From Haliotis rubra (lineage: Eukaryota): a stretch of DNA of 64,000 nucleotides. The stretch's first letter is position 1; each line of letters begins with the position of its first letter. Below are positions 38,711 to 52,290 of the stretch, piece after piece. A model generated the notes under the pieces. That model searched no databases. It was not told the DNA's origin and was given only the letters and a program-made list of their open reading frames with translations. Location of the stretch: positions 1 to 64,000 of the forward strand of contig NW_025765607.1 of NCBI RefSeq assembly GCF_003918875.1, read 5' to 3'. The position numbers and the translations under genes are program-made.

Positions 38711-40257
38711 AGAGAGTAATAGTTACCTGTACCGTTGATAACAGACAGAGCGGCCTACACAGAGAGAGTAATAGTTGGCTGTACCGTTGATAGCAGACAG
38801 AGTGGCCTACACAGAGAGTGTAATAGTTACCTGTGCCGTTGATAGCAGACAGAGTGGCCTACACAGAGAGTGTAATAGTTACCTGTGCCGTTGATAACAG
38901 ACAGAGTGGCCAACACAGAGAGAGTAATAGTTACCTGTACCGTTGATAACAGACAGAGTGGCCTACACAGAGAGTGTAATAGTTGGCTGTACCGTTGATA
39001 ACAGACAGAGCGGCCTAAAGAGAGAGTGTAATAGTTACCTGTGCCGTTGATAGCAGACAGAGTGGCCTACATAGAGAGTGTAATAGTTACCTGTGCCGTT
39101 GATAGCACACAGAGTGGCCTACGCAGAGAGTGTAATAGTTACCTGTGCCGTTGACATCAGACAGAGTGGCGTACACAGAGAGAGTAATAGTTACCTGTAC
39201 CGTTGATAACAGACAGAGTGGCCTACACAGAGAGAGTAATAGTTACCTGTGCCGTTGATAGCAGACAGAGTGGCCTACACAGAGAGTGTAATAGTTAACT
39301 GTACCGTTGATAACAGACAGAGTGGCCTAAGCAGAGAGTGTAGTAGTTTACCTGTGCCGTTGATAGCAGACAGAGCGGCCTACACAGAGAGAGTAATAGT
39401 TACCTGTGTCGTTGATAACAGACAGAGTGGCCTAAACAGAGAGTGTAGTAGTTTACCTGTGCCGTTGATAGCAGACAGAGCGGCCTACACAGAGAGCGTA
39501 ATAGTTCCCTGTACCGTTGATAACAGACAGAGTGGCCTACACAGAGAGTGTAATAGCTAGGAACATAAAGCAAAATCGAAGAAATAAGGAAAATAATGTA
39601 ACACCTTCAAACAAACCGAGGAAAGATTAAGTTATGACAACTTCCGGGTAATAGTTACCTGTGCTGTTGATAGCAGACATAGTGGCCTACACAGAGAGTT
39701 TAATAGTTACCGGTACCGTTGACAGCAGACAGAGTGGCCTACACAGAGAGTGTAATAGTTACCTGTACCGTTGATAACAGACAGAGCGGCCTACACAGAG
39801 GTTGTAATAGGTACCTGTGCCGTTGATAACACACAGAGTGGCCTAAACAGAGAGCGTAGTAGTTTACATGTGCCGTTGATATCAGACAGAGTGGCCTACA
39901 CAGAGAGTGTAATAGTTCCCTGTACCGTTGATAACAGAGCGGCCTAAGCAGAGAGTGTAATAGGTACCTGTGCCGTTGATAACAGACAGGGTAGCCTAAA
40001 CAGAGAGTGTAATAGTTACCTGTGCCGTTGATAACAGACAGAGTGGCCTAAACAGAGAGCGTAGTAGTTTACATGTGCCGTTGATATCAGACAGAGTGGC
40101 CTACACAGAGTGTGTAATAGTTCCCTGTACCGTTGATAACAGAGTGGCCTACACAGAGAGTGTAATAGCTAAGAACATAAAGCAAAATCGAAGAAATAAG
40201 AAAATAATGTAACACCTTCAAACAAACCGAAGAAAGATTTAGTTATGTCAACTTCCG
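38711..40257. repeat. 52-bp minisatellite (~25 units) with a ~610-bp higher-order duplication
   Basis: Unit GAGAGTGTAATAGTTACCTGTGCCGTTGATAGCAGACAGAGTGGCCTACACA. The non-repeat segment AACATAAAGCAAAATCG...CAACTTCCG occurs twice (~39562, ~40174). Confidence 0.95.
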
Positions 40258-42403
40258 AATAAGTAATATACTTGCTTCCTAATGAAGTTAGTTTAAATCT
40301 GGTTTAAACAGTAAGTGAGTCCCGGTGTGAGGTGACAGGTCGGTGAGGGTGGAATGACAGAATGTATGTATATCTTGGTCATTTACCTTGGTGAAACCCA
40401 TGGACACAGGTGTGGTGCAGACACACCAAAACACATAATGTGGTAAACAGGTATTGGATGCCCCAGGAATATGTTTCCAGCACGCCTAAAGGGACGCAAC
40501 TCCGCAAAGAAAATTGCGGTGTTGTGGATGACTGGGACACATGTTCCTCTGCATCGTGAAACAATATGACAACAGAGGTGACGTCAGTGACAACAGCAGT
40601 GCTGAATACGTCAGAGAAGTTGTTTACCGGAGAGAGAAGATTTTGTCTTTGATAGTCATGTGTTGTTATTCTTATTCTGAAGTCGTTTGCTTCCGTGAAG
40701 ATTATGTCCATGCAGCTGAACATCGTTCTGTGAACTTTCAGTTTCTGCCCAGAACTATCAGCTGACGTCATCATGTGGAGGTTCTGTGGAGGCAGGAGGG
40801 AACTGTACTCTGATGTGTTACACAGGAGACGCTTCACATGCAACTATACAGTGGCAGAATGGAACTATATTATACAGCGTAAGCCAGGGTAGCTGCAGCT
40901 CCACCTCCCCCTCTCTCCCAGCTGACTACACCACCTCCTGCCACAGCTCCACCAACTACACCCTCACCATCAACAACGTCGTGTACGGCAGGGATAGATT
41001 CAGATGGAGGTGTGACTATCAGTTTGGAAGCAGAGCCAGTAACCAGATACAGATGGATGTTCTTGGTATGTTTGTCATGTTGACATATGGTTAAAGTTGG
41101 GTGGATGTGAGGTGGAAGCACATCACCTGTGTTTTCAAACCTCAACACTCAACTGCTCAAACCTGTATATATTGTTTACTTTTTTGGTATTTGTTTATGT
41201 GTAATGATCACTTGACTTCAAGAAAGCGTCGTCCCACATGGTCATATCATACTGTAGCTGTGCTATTATTGACTTCCTGTGACCAATGTTACCATCTCCA
41301 GAACTACTGCATCTACCCCCTGTGTCTCCAAAGGACTGCCGTCCTACACATATACACTGTTACTTATATAGCTATTTCGTTGTTTCTCTGACCAGTGTTA
41401 CCATCACTGAACCTCCTGTATCTGTCACCTGTGTCTCCAGCCCACCACCCTCCTACACAGAAACACCATACTTCATAAAGCTATTTAGTTCTGTTTTTCT
41501 GACCAATCATACCATCACTGGAAATTATTTCAACTATCGCTCATATCTTTCACCTACCACTAATCTACACCATGACAGCATACTTCATAAAATGGTGTTA
41601 TTATTTCAGTTCCTCTGAACAGTGTTAGCCTTACTAGAACTACTACATCTATCGCCTGCGTCGCAGTCTCCAACCCACCACCGTCCATGACGCTGTACAG
41701 AGACGGAACCAGAGTGGTGACCAGCCCAGCAGCAGTAGAGGGATACACTGGCTGGACAGCCACCATCAATTACCAGCTAACAGGCAACATGAGGAACTCT
41801 CTGTACTACTGCCAGGCTTCCAGCACACAGTCTAGACACAACTCTACTTATTCCTTTCCTGACAGTAAGCACATGTACTGATATATCCTAAAATGTCATT
41901 CATGCTGTTGAGATACTTGTTCTATCCCTGAGATATTGACATGTTGGGTATGACCTGTATATACGATATTCCCTTTCCTTATTCCCTTTCTATCCAGTTG
42001 CTGTCAACAGTGTGTCACTAACAAACATCACGTCAGCCAATCAGGAAGTGGGAGCTGCTGAAGGTCAGCCCTTGGCCTTGACCTGTGTGGCCTCTGCCAG
42101 TTACCCTGCTGCCACAATCACGTGGTACAAGCACAGTGTTCAGGTGGCAAGTGGGATATCCATTGATCACATACCCCAATCAGGCGTTGTCCAGACCACA
42201 AGTACAATGACCTTCACCCCTGTCAGAGGTGACCTTGGTCATACAGTCTACTGTCGCGCCACCAACATCCACAACCCCTCCCCAGTGCAGTCTGACAGCG
42301 CCAGGATAGGAGTATGGTGTGAGTTGTATATTAGGTAGTTGTTCAGTTTTCATGTCAGCCAATCAATACTTGTCTAATTGTCACACTGAGTGAATAGAGA
42401 CAC

Positions 42404-42870
42404 CTAGTTGAATAACATGACACCGATGATAAATTAAGAAGATCAAATATATTTTGGTTATACATTATGAGAGTTATTACGATAGATATTTACCTTATGT
42501 TGACGTGCTTGTAGAGATATAACAGACAGCGGTCATCTAGTTGAGCAACATGACGCCGATGATAAACTAAGAACATCATGAGTGTTATTACGATAGATAT
42601 TTACCTTATGTTGACGTGCTTGTAGAGATATAACAGACAGCGGTCATCTAGTTGAGCAACATGACGCCGATGATAAACTAAGAACATCATGAGTGTTATT
42701 ACGATAGATATTTACCTTATGTTGACGTGCTTGTAGAGATATAACAGACAGCGGTCATCTAGTTGAGCAACATGACGCCGATGATAAACTAAGGAGATCA
42801 AACATTTTGGCTAAACATTTCGGTACATATTGAACTATGTTGACGTGCATGTATACACATAACAGACTGT
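42404..42870. repeat. 111-bp intronic tandem repeat, ~4 units
   Basis: GATAGATATTTACC recurs at 42481, 42592 and 42703. Confidence 0.9.
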
Positions 42871-45800
42871 CAATATTAATGCAGTAAGAGGACCTTCACC
42901 GCCGCCACAGATTATTGTGCTGCATTACAGTCGGTCCAGAACAGGTTGATGTGACAAAACCAGACAACTCTGTAGCTGTAGAGAACAGAAACCTGACCTT
43001 GACCTGTACTGCCTCCGCCTATCCCAACGTGACGTTCACCTGGGACTACAGTGATTGAACACCTGTAGATGGCAGCACGGGGTCTGTGACAGGATCTTCT
43101 ACCTGGTGGTACCAGACTCTCACCTTCAGGCCAAACAAAAACAAGACAACCGTGAGATGTCAGGTCAGAAACACAAGGACTTTGACAACTAAGACAGGTT
43201 CTGTGTCACTGGATGTCAAATGTGAGTATTCCTAAGTATTCTTAGTATTCTCTTTAATGTATACAGTCTCGACATGATGACTTGCCAATGTTCAGTTTTT
43301 GCTATGTGTCTGTGCCATCTCTTGTATATTCTTATTCTGTTGATGTGCATCGAAAGACCTTCTGGAATTTGTAAATAAATATAAACAGGGTTGCCTAGGA
43401 GTGTTATACAGAGGAGTTATCACACTTGGATACATTGTGCATTCTATCTGATGAAGGGATTTCTTTGGGTGTGGAAATACCGAGCTAATTGTATTGAGAT
43501 CAGTTGGGTCATGGGTTCTGCTGTTACATCTGTACTTTTATTGGTTGATAGTTGCTAACTTGGTTGTTCATGTTTCAGATCCCCCGCCTGTCCCTCCTTC
43601 CATCACACAGTTTCCGGATGTCATGTTTGAAGTTGACCAACAGACAATCAGCTGCTCGGTGACAGGAGGAAATCCTCTAGCTACGATCACGTGGTTCTGT
43701 CCTGGCACTGGATCAGCATCAGTCAGTGACAGTGGTCAGACAAGGACATCTACTCTCTCCTTTACAGTCAGCAGGAGTCAACATGGTCAACAGTGTCAGT
43801 GTCTGGGGGCGTGGCAGTATGGAGGATACAACTACACTGATGTCAGGACATTCAACGTCAGCTGTCAGTATCGTTAACTGTTTCTTGAGGCACAAGTCTA
43901 TAATTTTCCAAATAGCGACACGTATCTAGGATAAGATTTCTATGTGATGGATCCCTAACGTTCGCGGTCATGCCATGAAAAGCCAGGAATACCATGAATC
44001 TTAAAGGGAAATATGTTTTACATTTCTTGTGTACCGATCCTTTGTCGCACAGTTTCTAAAACTGACATGTATTACACACCATAATTGAAGGGTAGATCGT
44101 TGGTTTGGAATATATAGGTGTACGATCTCCTGCCTGATATTATGCCGAGGACATAGTTAAATGTAATCAGCCTTTCTAACAGCAAGCTATCTGTCTGTAA
44201 AGTAAATATTGCAGTTCCCATCGACAGATGTATTTTTGAATACGTGTATGTGTGATACTATTTGTGTAACACTTAGGACGATGCAGTTTAGATATAGAGG
44301 GAATCTTTATAAAGCACGTGGCACGGAAAGAAAAAACAGCTTAAAATGCAAGTCAACTCTTTCATTACGAAACAAGATATACTTCACGTATTTATCATTT
44401 TATGCTGCAGGTCCCTCAAACCCGGAACCGCTCAAAGCCGACTGTAACATGACAGGTGTAATAATAGGAGCCACAATAGGAACCCTACTTGTTACTTTGC
44501 TGATTGAAGGATTAGTTCTAACGGTTCTCTACAGGAACGGGTTTAGGTTTGGAAACATTTTCAAAGGTAAATTTCAGTAGCATTTGAAGTAGAATCGTGT
44601 TGTGGAGATAATTACAGAAGGGATCTTTCAATTCACACTTTTATAGATAAAGATGAGTGACACTCGTGGTATAACAACTTCACATTGAGCTCATCCTGTA
44701 GCTTGAATCTATACACAATCAATAATGACAGGAACCATTTTTCACCAATGATTGCTTAGATGCAGGGTGTTGTTTATTAAATCGTTATCCTTTCATATAT
44801 CTCATTTTTCCTTTCCAACAATTCCTAAATACCAAATTCGTCATTTGTGATGTTTGTATTTCGGGGTACTAAATAGGTATTCTCTCCTTTCAGGAACTGA
44901 TTCACCAAAAAGGTAGGCTAAGCATGTAAATAAAAAATTTTGAAATTATCTGCTTTGAGATAACGTACGAAGCCATTTATAGTCAGATATAAACATCAAT
45001 TATTTAACGCGTTCCTTTCCATGGTATGTTCAGTAATCGACCTTACTTGCCTTTGTAGCACCAGAAATCCTGAAACTGAAGAAATGGAAAACACAGCAGG
45101 ATATTCATCCCTTGGTAGGTTCAACATTTCTAGTCAGACATATCGAGATGGCCACTGACAGGGAGATGTACTGATACCGTTAATATATGTTCATGTTTAT
45201 TTGTTACTACAGATCACATCAACAGTCCAGCTCAGTCCCCAACCATGGATACAGAGGGTTCGGAAAGACAACATTACACACAGCTGAAGGTGTATGAGAA
45301 TACAAACGGTAGATGGATACAGTTTCTTACATTACTATAGCACTCAATCATAAGTGTAGTGAGGGTATGCCATATTTCAGGAATTATATCTATCGTTGTG
45401 TTTACGTTTGGAAGGGTATACAATATATGAAATGTTCTTAGGAAATGTCATGATTTTCAGTTGAGGCCAAAGCTGAGGCAAGTAACTACGAAGACATGAC
45501 AGAGACGCCTCCTGCGCCATACGAGTCCATCAGCGAATCTCCATACCAGAACAGCGGCTCTCAACCTTGAGGTAACCAATATTTTGGTTATCAATAATCA
45601 TGAATAAAGAAAGCTACTATAATGAACTGTACTCAAGAAGCAATGATTATTTTCAAACATATGCCCAAGCTTCTGTTTTCTAATGTAGAATGCATTATTT
45701 TAAAAAAAAATTAGCACATTTTGTGCGATAATAAGGTAAGACATTTCACTGATATTTTTCAGATCTTCACTTTGGGAATGCGTGGAAAAAGACATCTGAC

Positions 45801-48067
45801 ACTTGGATGGATATGACTGCTTAAACTTCCTTTTGTCCAAAGTGAAGGACACCTTATAATGTGTTTTGCTCTATAACAGATGAGTTTATGGGAGGAGATG
45901 AAACAATGAAGGATTGAACCAACATCCAATCCCAATGCGAGCGATCTTAACTTACTTTAATCGAATAGATTGTAATATTAAAACACAAAACATAGCAATA
46001 TCTTATGTCACATGACATTGGAATCTGACTGGTTGACACTAACTTTCTTGCACAACCTTGTGTTCATGTTGAGGGAATACCTTATAATGTTTATTACGTG
46101 TGTTAAATCTGTAACATATGAGTTCATGTGAGGAATATCATCCAGCAAGACATATTGACCCAATATCGCATTTGCTTCAGCTTGTTAAACATCTAAATGT
46201 AAGTACAGTTACCTTACCGAGGCTCGTGAGGTTCTAACATCCATTGTGTATGGCCTATCTTGTAGGAAATCCTGTCAGACAGCTGGCATAGCCCACCCAA
46301 AGGAACATAGCATAGTATAGCATAGGAACAAGTCAATCACACCGCGCAGCCATCTGACGGGAACCGCTCTCACTGTAAGGAAACATACACACGGCTTTAT
46401 GTTGTACATACTCAACCACATTTGAGGAACTTATGCTGGACATAAATAGCTACGTTGATATGTCGTCTGTTTGTATCACACTTTTCTCGCAATGAATATC
46501 GTGTTGATAGAAAATAAAGTTTGTTTTCACGCTGAATATATATCGCATTACTAGTGCCAACTTCACTTTGTCGACCCGTGAGGACCCGGATTAGAACTGA
46601 TCTTAAGTAACCCATGCTTGTCGTAATACTAACGGGATCGGGTGTCATGGTTGACACATATAGCTGGGGTGTTGCTGAGTTGTGTGAGGTGTAAAACTAA
46701 ACTCACTCACTCACGTTTGTCGGTATTTAGACAACATTTTCTAAAATATGCATTTTATATCATTCACTGTTTCTTTGAACTAGAAAGTTTACTCCGATAT
46801 CCACTGCACCAAATACACACGTATCCATCCCTACTGGGACATTACCTGCTATGCTAACAATTCTACATAAACATATTATCAGTAGTATCTTACAGTAAGT
46901 AATATATAAACACGTGTTTAAAATCGTTGTTTCACAATAAAAAGTATAATTTATATATCTGCAGATATATGTAAACACCATACAACATATCCGTTTACAA
47001 CTTCAAAAACACTTCCGTAAACTGCTACACAGACCTGATAGGTTTGAAATTACTATGTTATAATCAGTCGTTTGAATATCATGTCAACAGATATGGTGAG
47101 CCCTTTTGTTGCTCGTGGTGTACTTCAGAACACTACAGAGTCAGTCGTCTGTATGTGCGTATTGTAAGCCGAGGCTGGTTACACGGATCCACATTATTCG
47201 TGTTTTGTATAGGTCTTTGCAGCAGAACAGAACGTTGAACGTGAGTGCAGTGAACTTTCCGAATTATTTACATTCTTATTGTAAGGAAATCATTCTGAAC
47301 ACGTCTACCAAAAACAAACATACACCAGATAGTCCCCTGTGAGAGGGAATAACGTAACAAATGTTATTAACAAATGCCCTGTACACGATGTCCACAGAAT
47401 TGGGGAGTATTCATGCACAGGGTGGAGTGGTGTAAGACTTCATTGCACACTTTGTGGTGAATTGTCAGAGTTGCCTTGTTACTAAGGTGACAAGTGCAGA
47501 TGATTATTACAAGACCTATTCAGGAACTGCGGAAGGTGATAAGGTGTCATTTGGCTGCCATATTCTCATTGTTGTGATAGTTTGACACGGTGGTATTTAG
47601 AATGACGCTGCAACGCATCACAAGTGATCTACAGGATGAAATGTCATCAAACAACAAGGCGACCAGATAAACACTGGTGGCCAGTTAATAACATCTTGAA
47701 CTGAGGCCCAGTGCAGAGTGTGTCCATCACCGCATCTATATCACAGGAGGAAGCAAACACTATTTGTGTTGATTGCCGCGTATCAAAGACAACGGGCCAC
47801 GTATAAATATAATCTTATGTATGTAACCAGGTATTAATTGAATGAATTGTTCGTTTAACACACTGGCAGGGGAAAAAATAAATTTAACAAACAGTAATTT
47901 TCAAGATTGTTTTGACCAGTCGGTGAAAAACAAGCATCTCGTTAAAATTGTGTTTCCAGTTTATTTTATTTCTTTAGTGATGCAGAAGGAAATTGTAAGA
48001 AATGATACATATCTGTTTGTTCAGACCAATGAACATCGACAATATATATTTAGTTTAATATCATTTT

Positions 48068-48600
48068 TAGTGAGTGAGTGAGTGAGTGAGTGAGTTAATA
48101 TTTAACGTCACATCGGCAATATCTTAGCCATATCGTGACGAAAACAATTTATACAATAAAAAAATGAAAACATTGTGAAGAGTTAAACCTGTCGACGATG
48201 GACAGTAAAAATACTAGAGTATCACAGATATAAACATAAAACTAGCATGTAAAACTAAAACAGTGTAATCAAAGAAGACAATACAATATAAAACACAGCT
48301 ATAGATCGCCAGCATCTGAAGGCAGATCACCATACTAGGAACCATGGGGACTTACATTACTTTTGCTACCTCTATGGAGCCTAGCTGGATTAGGACCATC
48401 CCTTCAGCCACTGGCGATTGTAGGATAATTTAGAATAACAAAAATACTACGTTTACAAACTTGGTACGTGAAAATGTTACTTTGAAAGTTTTTAGGACTT
48501 ACGTACACTCTCAGGAGGCCAATAATTTTACGCTACTTCAACCCCCTTTGAGGGTACAGCCACTAACTATCTAAGTTGATAATCTGAACTACCAATTATA
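48068..48600 (-). mobile_element. Probable LINE 3' UTR fragment with (ACTC)n tail
   Basis: The reverse strand ends GTCACGATATGGCTAAGATATTGCCGATGTGACGTTAAATATTA(ACTC)n, similar to the SINE A/B tail. The inner boundary is approximate. Confidence 0.55.
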
Positions 48601-51600
48601 AAACTTTATTTTTTTACAAAACATATATCAAGGGTTAAGTCGTTGAAGAAACGTTGATACTGAAGACTTAATGTCTGTTGGACGTGAACCTGATACTTCT
48701 GACAACAAGCTGACACATTTACGTTGTCACCTCATTGTGGATCAAGGCCTCCGTACAACACAGTAAATGTGGAGATATCCAAATATGATACATGTACAAT
48801 GAATCAGAGATTGAATATGTACACATACCTACACAGCCTGTCTGTCAGCTACCCGGAAGTAAATTGGTATTGTCAGCTCTACATACATCGCCTCTACCTG
48901 TGTATGTCGGTGGGCTGCTGCAAGCTTCAGTCAGTGACACGAGTCCACGTGTGTTTCTGGAGTTGATTCCACTACTTATTCTGCTAGATACTGCCCAGAT
49001 ACGTCGTTGTAGTAGGTACACATTGTCACTTATACTGAATGTTGTTTGTGTATAACAAACGTTCACTAACCTGTGTGCACCTGTGCATCTCTTGACGGCA
49101 TTGACAGGACACATAACTTCCATACAAACCTTGTGCTGGGAATTATCTACTTTGACAGATGGTTTTCTCTCTAGCACATGTGACATATCAGATGATACCA
49201 TATTTCTTGTCATAGTTCTTGTCATATGGCGTTTGGAACGCAAGTATCAACACACAAGTGTGAACAGGGTGTCTTGAAGAGAAACGCGATTTTCATTGTT
49301 TACAGTTACCTCCCTTAGTACACTGCTCAAAGAGTTCCCCCGATAAGGACTCACAGATCTGCACAGTACCTCATCTGAAGCAGGGCGATTACCGATGACG
49401 TGATTGGGAAGATATTCAATGCAGTATTAAATCCAACTCATCCTCAAGTACTAATCTTCTATGAAGTGAAAATAAATCAACATTTCTATTACAATACATT
49501 AAGCTTAAACAATATATTTGATTATTAAAAACCAAAAGAGAATAAGACGCCGACAGGCTCTCTGCCAAACTAGGTCTTGTTGGTGAAATCACATCAAACT
49601 TACAGAACATCCGTTATTAAAATAATAATGTAATATACATGTACACAGTATCGTTTCTGATGCAACTTTGAAAGTAAGAAATAATAACTAACTGTACATA
49701 TAACAACATATTAGGAGCAAGGGCGACATTGTGCTGTTCCATATGTTACCAGAAACATATATAACAGCTGCATTGATGTCCCCAATATCAAACTGACACA
49801 CCCAGATGACATTCTGTTCGAAACAGCGTTATAACATAACAAGGTTACCAGCAACACGGAAAACATACAACCTACGCGCCATACTGTTTCAGAGTCAGCT
49901 CCGGTTCTTGCCACCAACAGACGTGTTCCTGTGGAGGGTGTCAGCTTCACCATCACCTGTACACTAGATGCAGCTATCACTTCCACTGCACGGTTCATTA
50001 AAGGTCCTACTTCTGTCCAGGGAGGCTGCTTCTCATCCGGCAGCTGTAGGACATCTGTGTCAGGATACACTCTGAGTCTGGACAGTGCATCCAGGATCAT
50101 GTCTCTAGACATCGCCTCTCCAGATTCCACCAGAGACAGCGGGACTTGGAGATGTAGTGTTGGCGCTGCAGTGTCAAATAGCATCACACTGTCTCAGTTT
50201 GCAGGTTGGTTTTATGTGTGTCAATAACATCATGATGAATGGAAACCCTTTAACTGTGGCTGAACCTGTGTGTACATTGCTACATCCGAGGGCAGGCCCC
50301 ACGTCAAACCTCACACCACCAGGTTGTGTTGTCAAAATAGCACTGTTGTTTGAGAAGACATTTGGTATGATTGTGAACATGTTGGGTGGCTTTCATTTGC
50401 ACTAAATTTCGTGTGAAAAGGATTAAAACTTTATTGGAAAGTACAACAATTGGGTAACACATATATTTATATTAATATATTATATATTTTTCAACTATGT
50501 AATGGAAACATTTTTATTTATTTATTAGCCCTCACTGTAACGAGATCATTACTATGACTGAGTATTTTGCTTGTTTTTCGGAGCTGTTAAAATACATAGG
50601 ACAAACTTATCCATTGTTTATTCAAGTCAAGGAATCCACACATCTCTTATACTCTGTTGGTAAAAGTCTCTCCGTAACGTACAGCGAAACTGAACTGACA
50701 ATATTTCCACTTAATTGGTTGTTTCTGATTGGTCCACATACATGTCGACGCCCTGTCATGTTAGTCTCTCCTCTTGTATCCAGCTGACACATAGGACATA
50801 ACTGGTTAAAAGTGTGTTAAACATACACACACTTCACGTAGTCATGGGTAATGGAACAAGAGAACTAAATATCATACAAGGTTATAACATTGTTATGACA
50901 CATTTGGTATTTTTGTGTTTTTTATAATACCATTGTGGCCGTGCAAGGTGCTTAAAGGTTTAGTTATGTAAACAGACACTATGTGTCGATACCAATCCTT
51001 CACTGACTGAAACGTATTGCGCTGTACGATCTAGTTAAACCACGAGGACTAATAGTTGACATCAAATCTTTACTGTATTACTCTTTACACGATGGCAGAG
51101 CGAACTGTATTTGGTTTCTGAGATGATATTTTCTACACCGGCGATTAATCTAAGGTACAAAAGAAGTCATAACGATGTTATCATGATCTAAATTAACAAT
51201 CCTTGTTTAGGGCTAACTGACGTTTTGTATCAGGAGTTCGTCTCCTCTATACGTTAGGGTACATGCTACCAATAAAGAAAATGATTAAAAGTTTCAAGAC
51301 GGTTCACGTTTAGGTTAATATCTTCTATTTATAAATTCAAATATATTTATCATTATATAACATCATATGGTTTATATGAAAAATATGAACGACGCACTTT
51401 TACTGCCAAATTTAAGTAAAAATAGTCACGTCATCTTGCACGGATGTATTGTTGGACAGTGGGCGTTGGACAAATTAGAGAACATTTTAAGGTCCCAGTT
51501 TACTTGTGAGTCAAGCCACTAAAACATGAAACAAGCTGTTTGCAATGCAATGAAGGATACTGCAACAGGCTATGCCAAAACGTACGTTTGATTACAATGT

Positions 51601-51921
51601 GGCAGACAAGAGTGGCGTACGGAAGCCAATTCATTGTGATGTAATGTGAAAGGCGTACTTTATTGCCATAATAGTCGGTGCCATTGATCTTTTAGCGAAG
51701 TATCTCAGAAAGACGTGTAAATATCAACATCAAGGCGATATTATTATCTGTCCTTACCAGCTGTCCTAGACTGGAGCTCTGTGACCTTCTCAACACTACT
51801 GACTTCTCTCCCGTCCTCCGTGACCCCGCAGAACACCATCTCCGTCACTGTGACCACTCCGTGTGCTGCCACTGCCGCCGTCATCACATGGGGATACCAA
51901 CAGGTAAGACTCTTCCCACAA

Positions 51922-52290
51922 GTCCATCCCTCCCAGCAGTACATCTTCCACTCAGGGATCATGTCCACCAGGCCAGGTCCAGACAACCAACACTCTGTCT
52001 CTACCAGGGAACACAGTCAGACTATCTAACTACTGTTTTGTGTTTACAGGGTGTGAGTGGCGTCCCTCCCAGCAGTACATCTTCCACCCAGGGATCATGT
52101 CCATCAGGTCAGGTCCAGACAACCAGCACCCTGTCTCTACCAGGGAACACAGTCAATCTATCTAACTACTGTTTTGTGTTTACAGGGTGTGAGTGGCGTC
52201 CCTCCTAGCAGTACATCTTCCACCCAGGGATCATGTCCATCAGGTCAGGTCCAGACAACCAACAACCTGTCTCTACCAGGGAACACAGTC
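51922..52290 (+). repeat. 136-bp tandem triplication of acceptor + exon start
   Basis: CTATCTAACTACTGTTTTGTGTTTACAG|GGTGTGAGTGGCGTCCC with exon starts at 52050 and 52186; three exon-like copies. Confidence 0.92.

Larger units (their letters stand above)
36582..45570 (+). pseudogene. Gene B: IgSF receptor paralogue (5 Ig, TM, Tyr tail) with a premature stop
   Basis: Exons 40742-41065, 41610-41864, 41998-42318, 42931-43221 (in-frame TGA 43056-43058), 43579-43863, TM 44411-44566, 44894-44912, 45059-45114, 45213-45308, 45461-45570 (TGA). Candidate signal exon 36582-36654 (phase 1; less certain). Confidence 0.82.

Noticed and set aside
39249-39560. 103-aa repetitive ORF
   Set aside because: Three-frame cycling through a 52-bp minisatellite.
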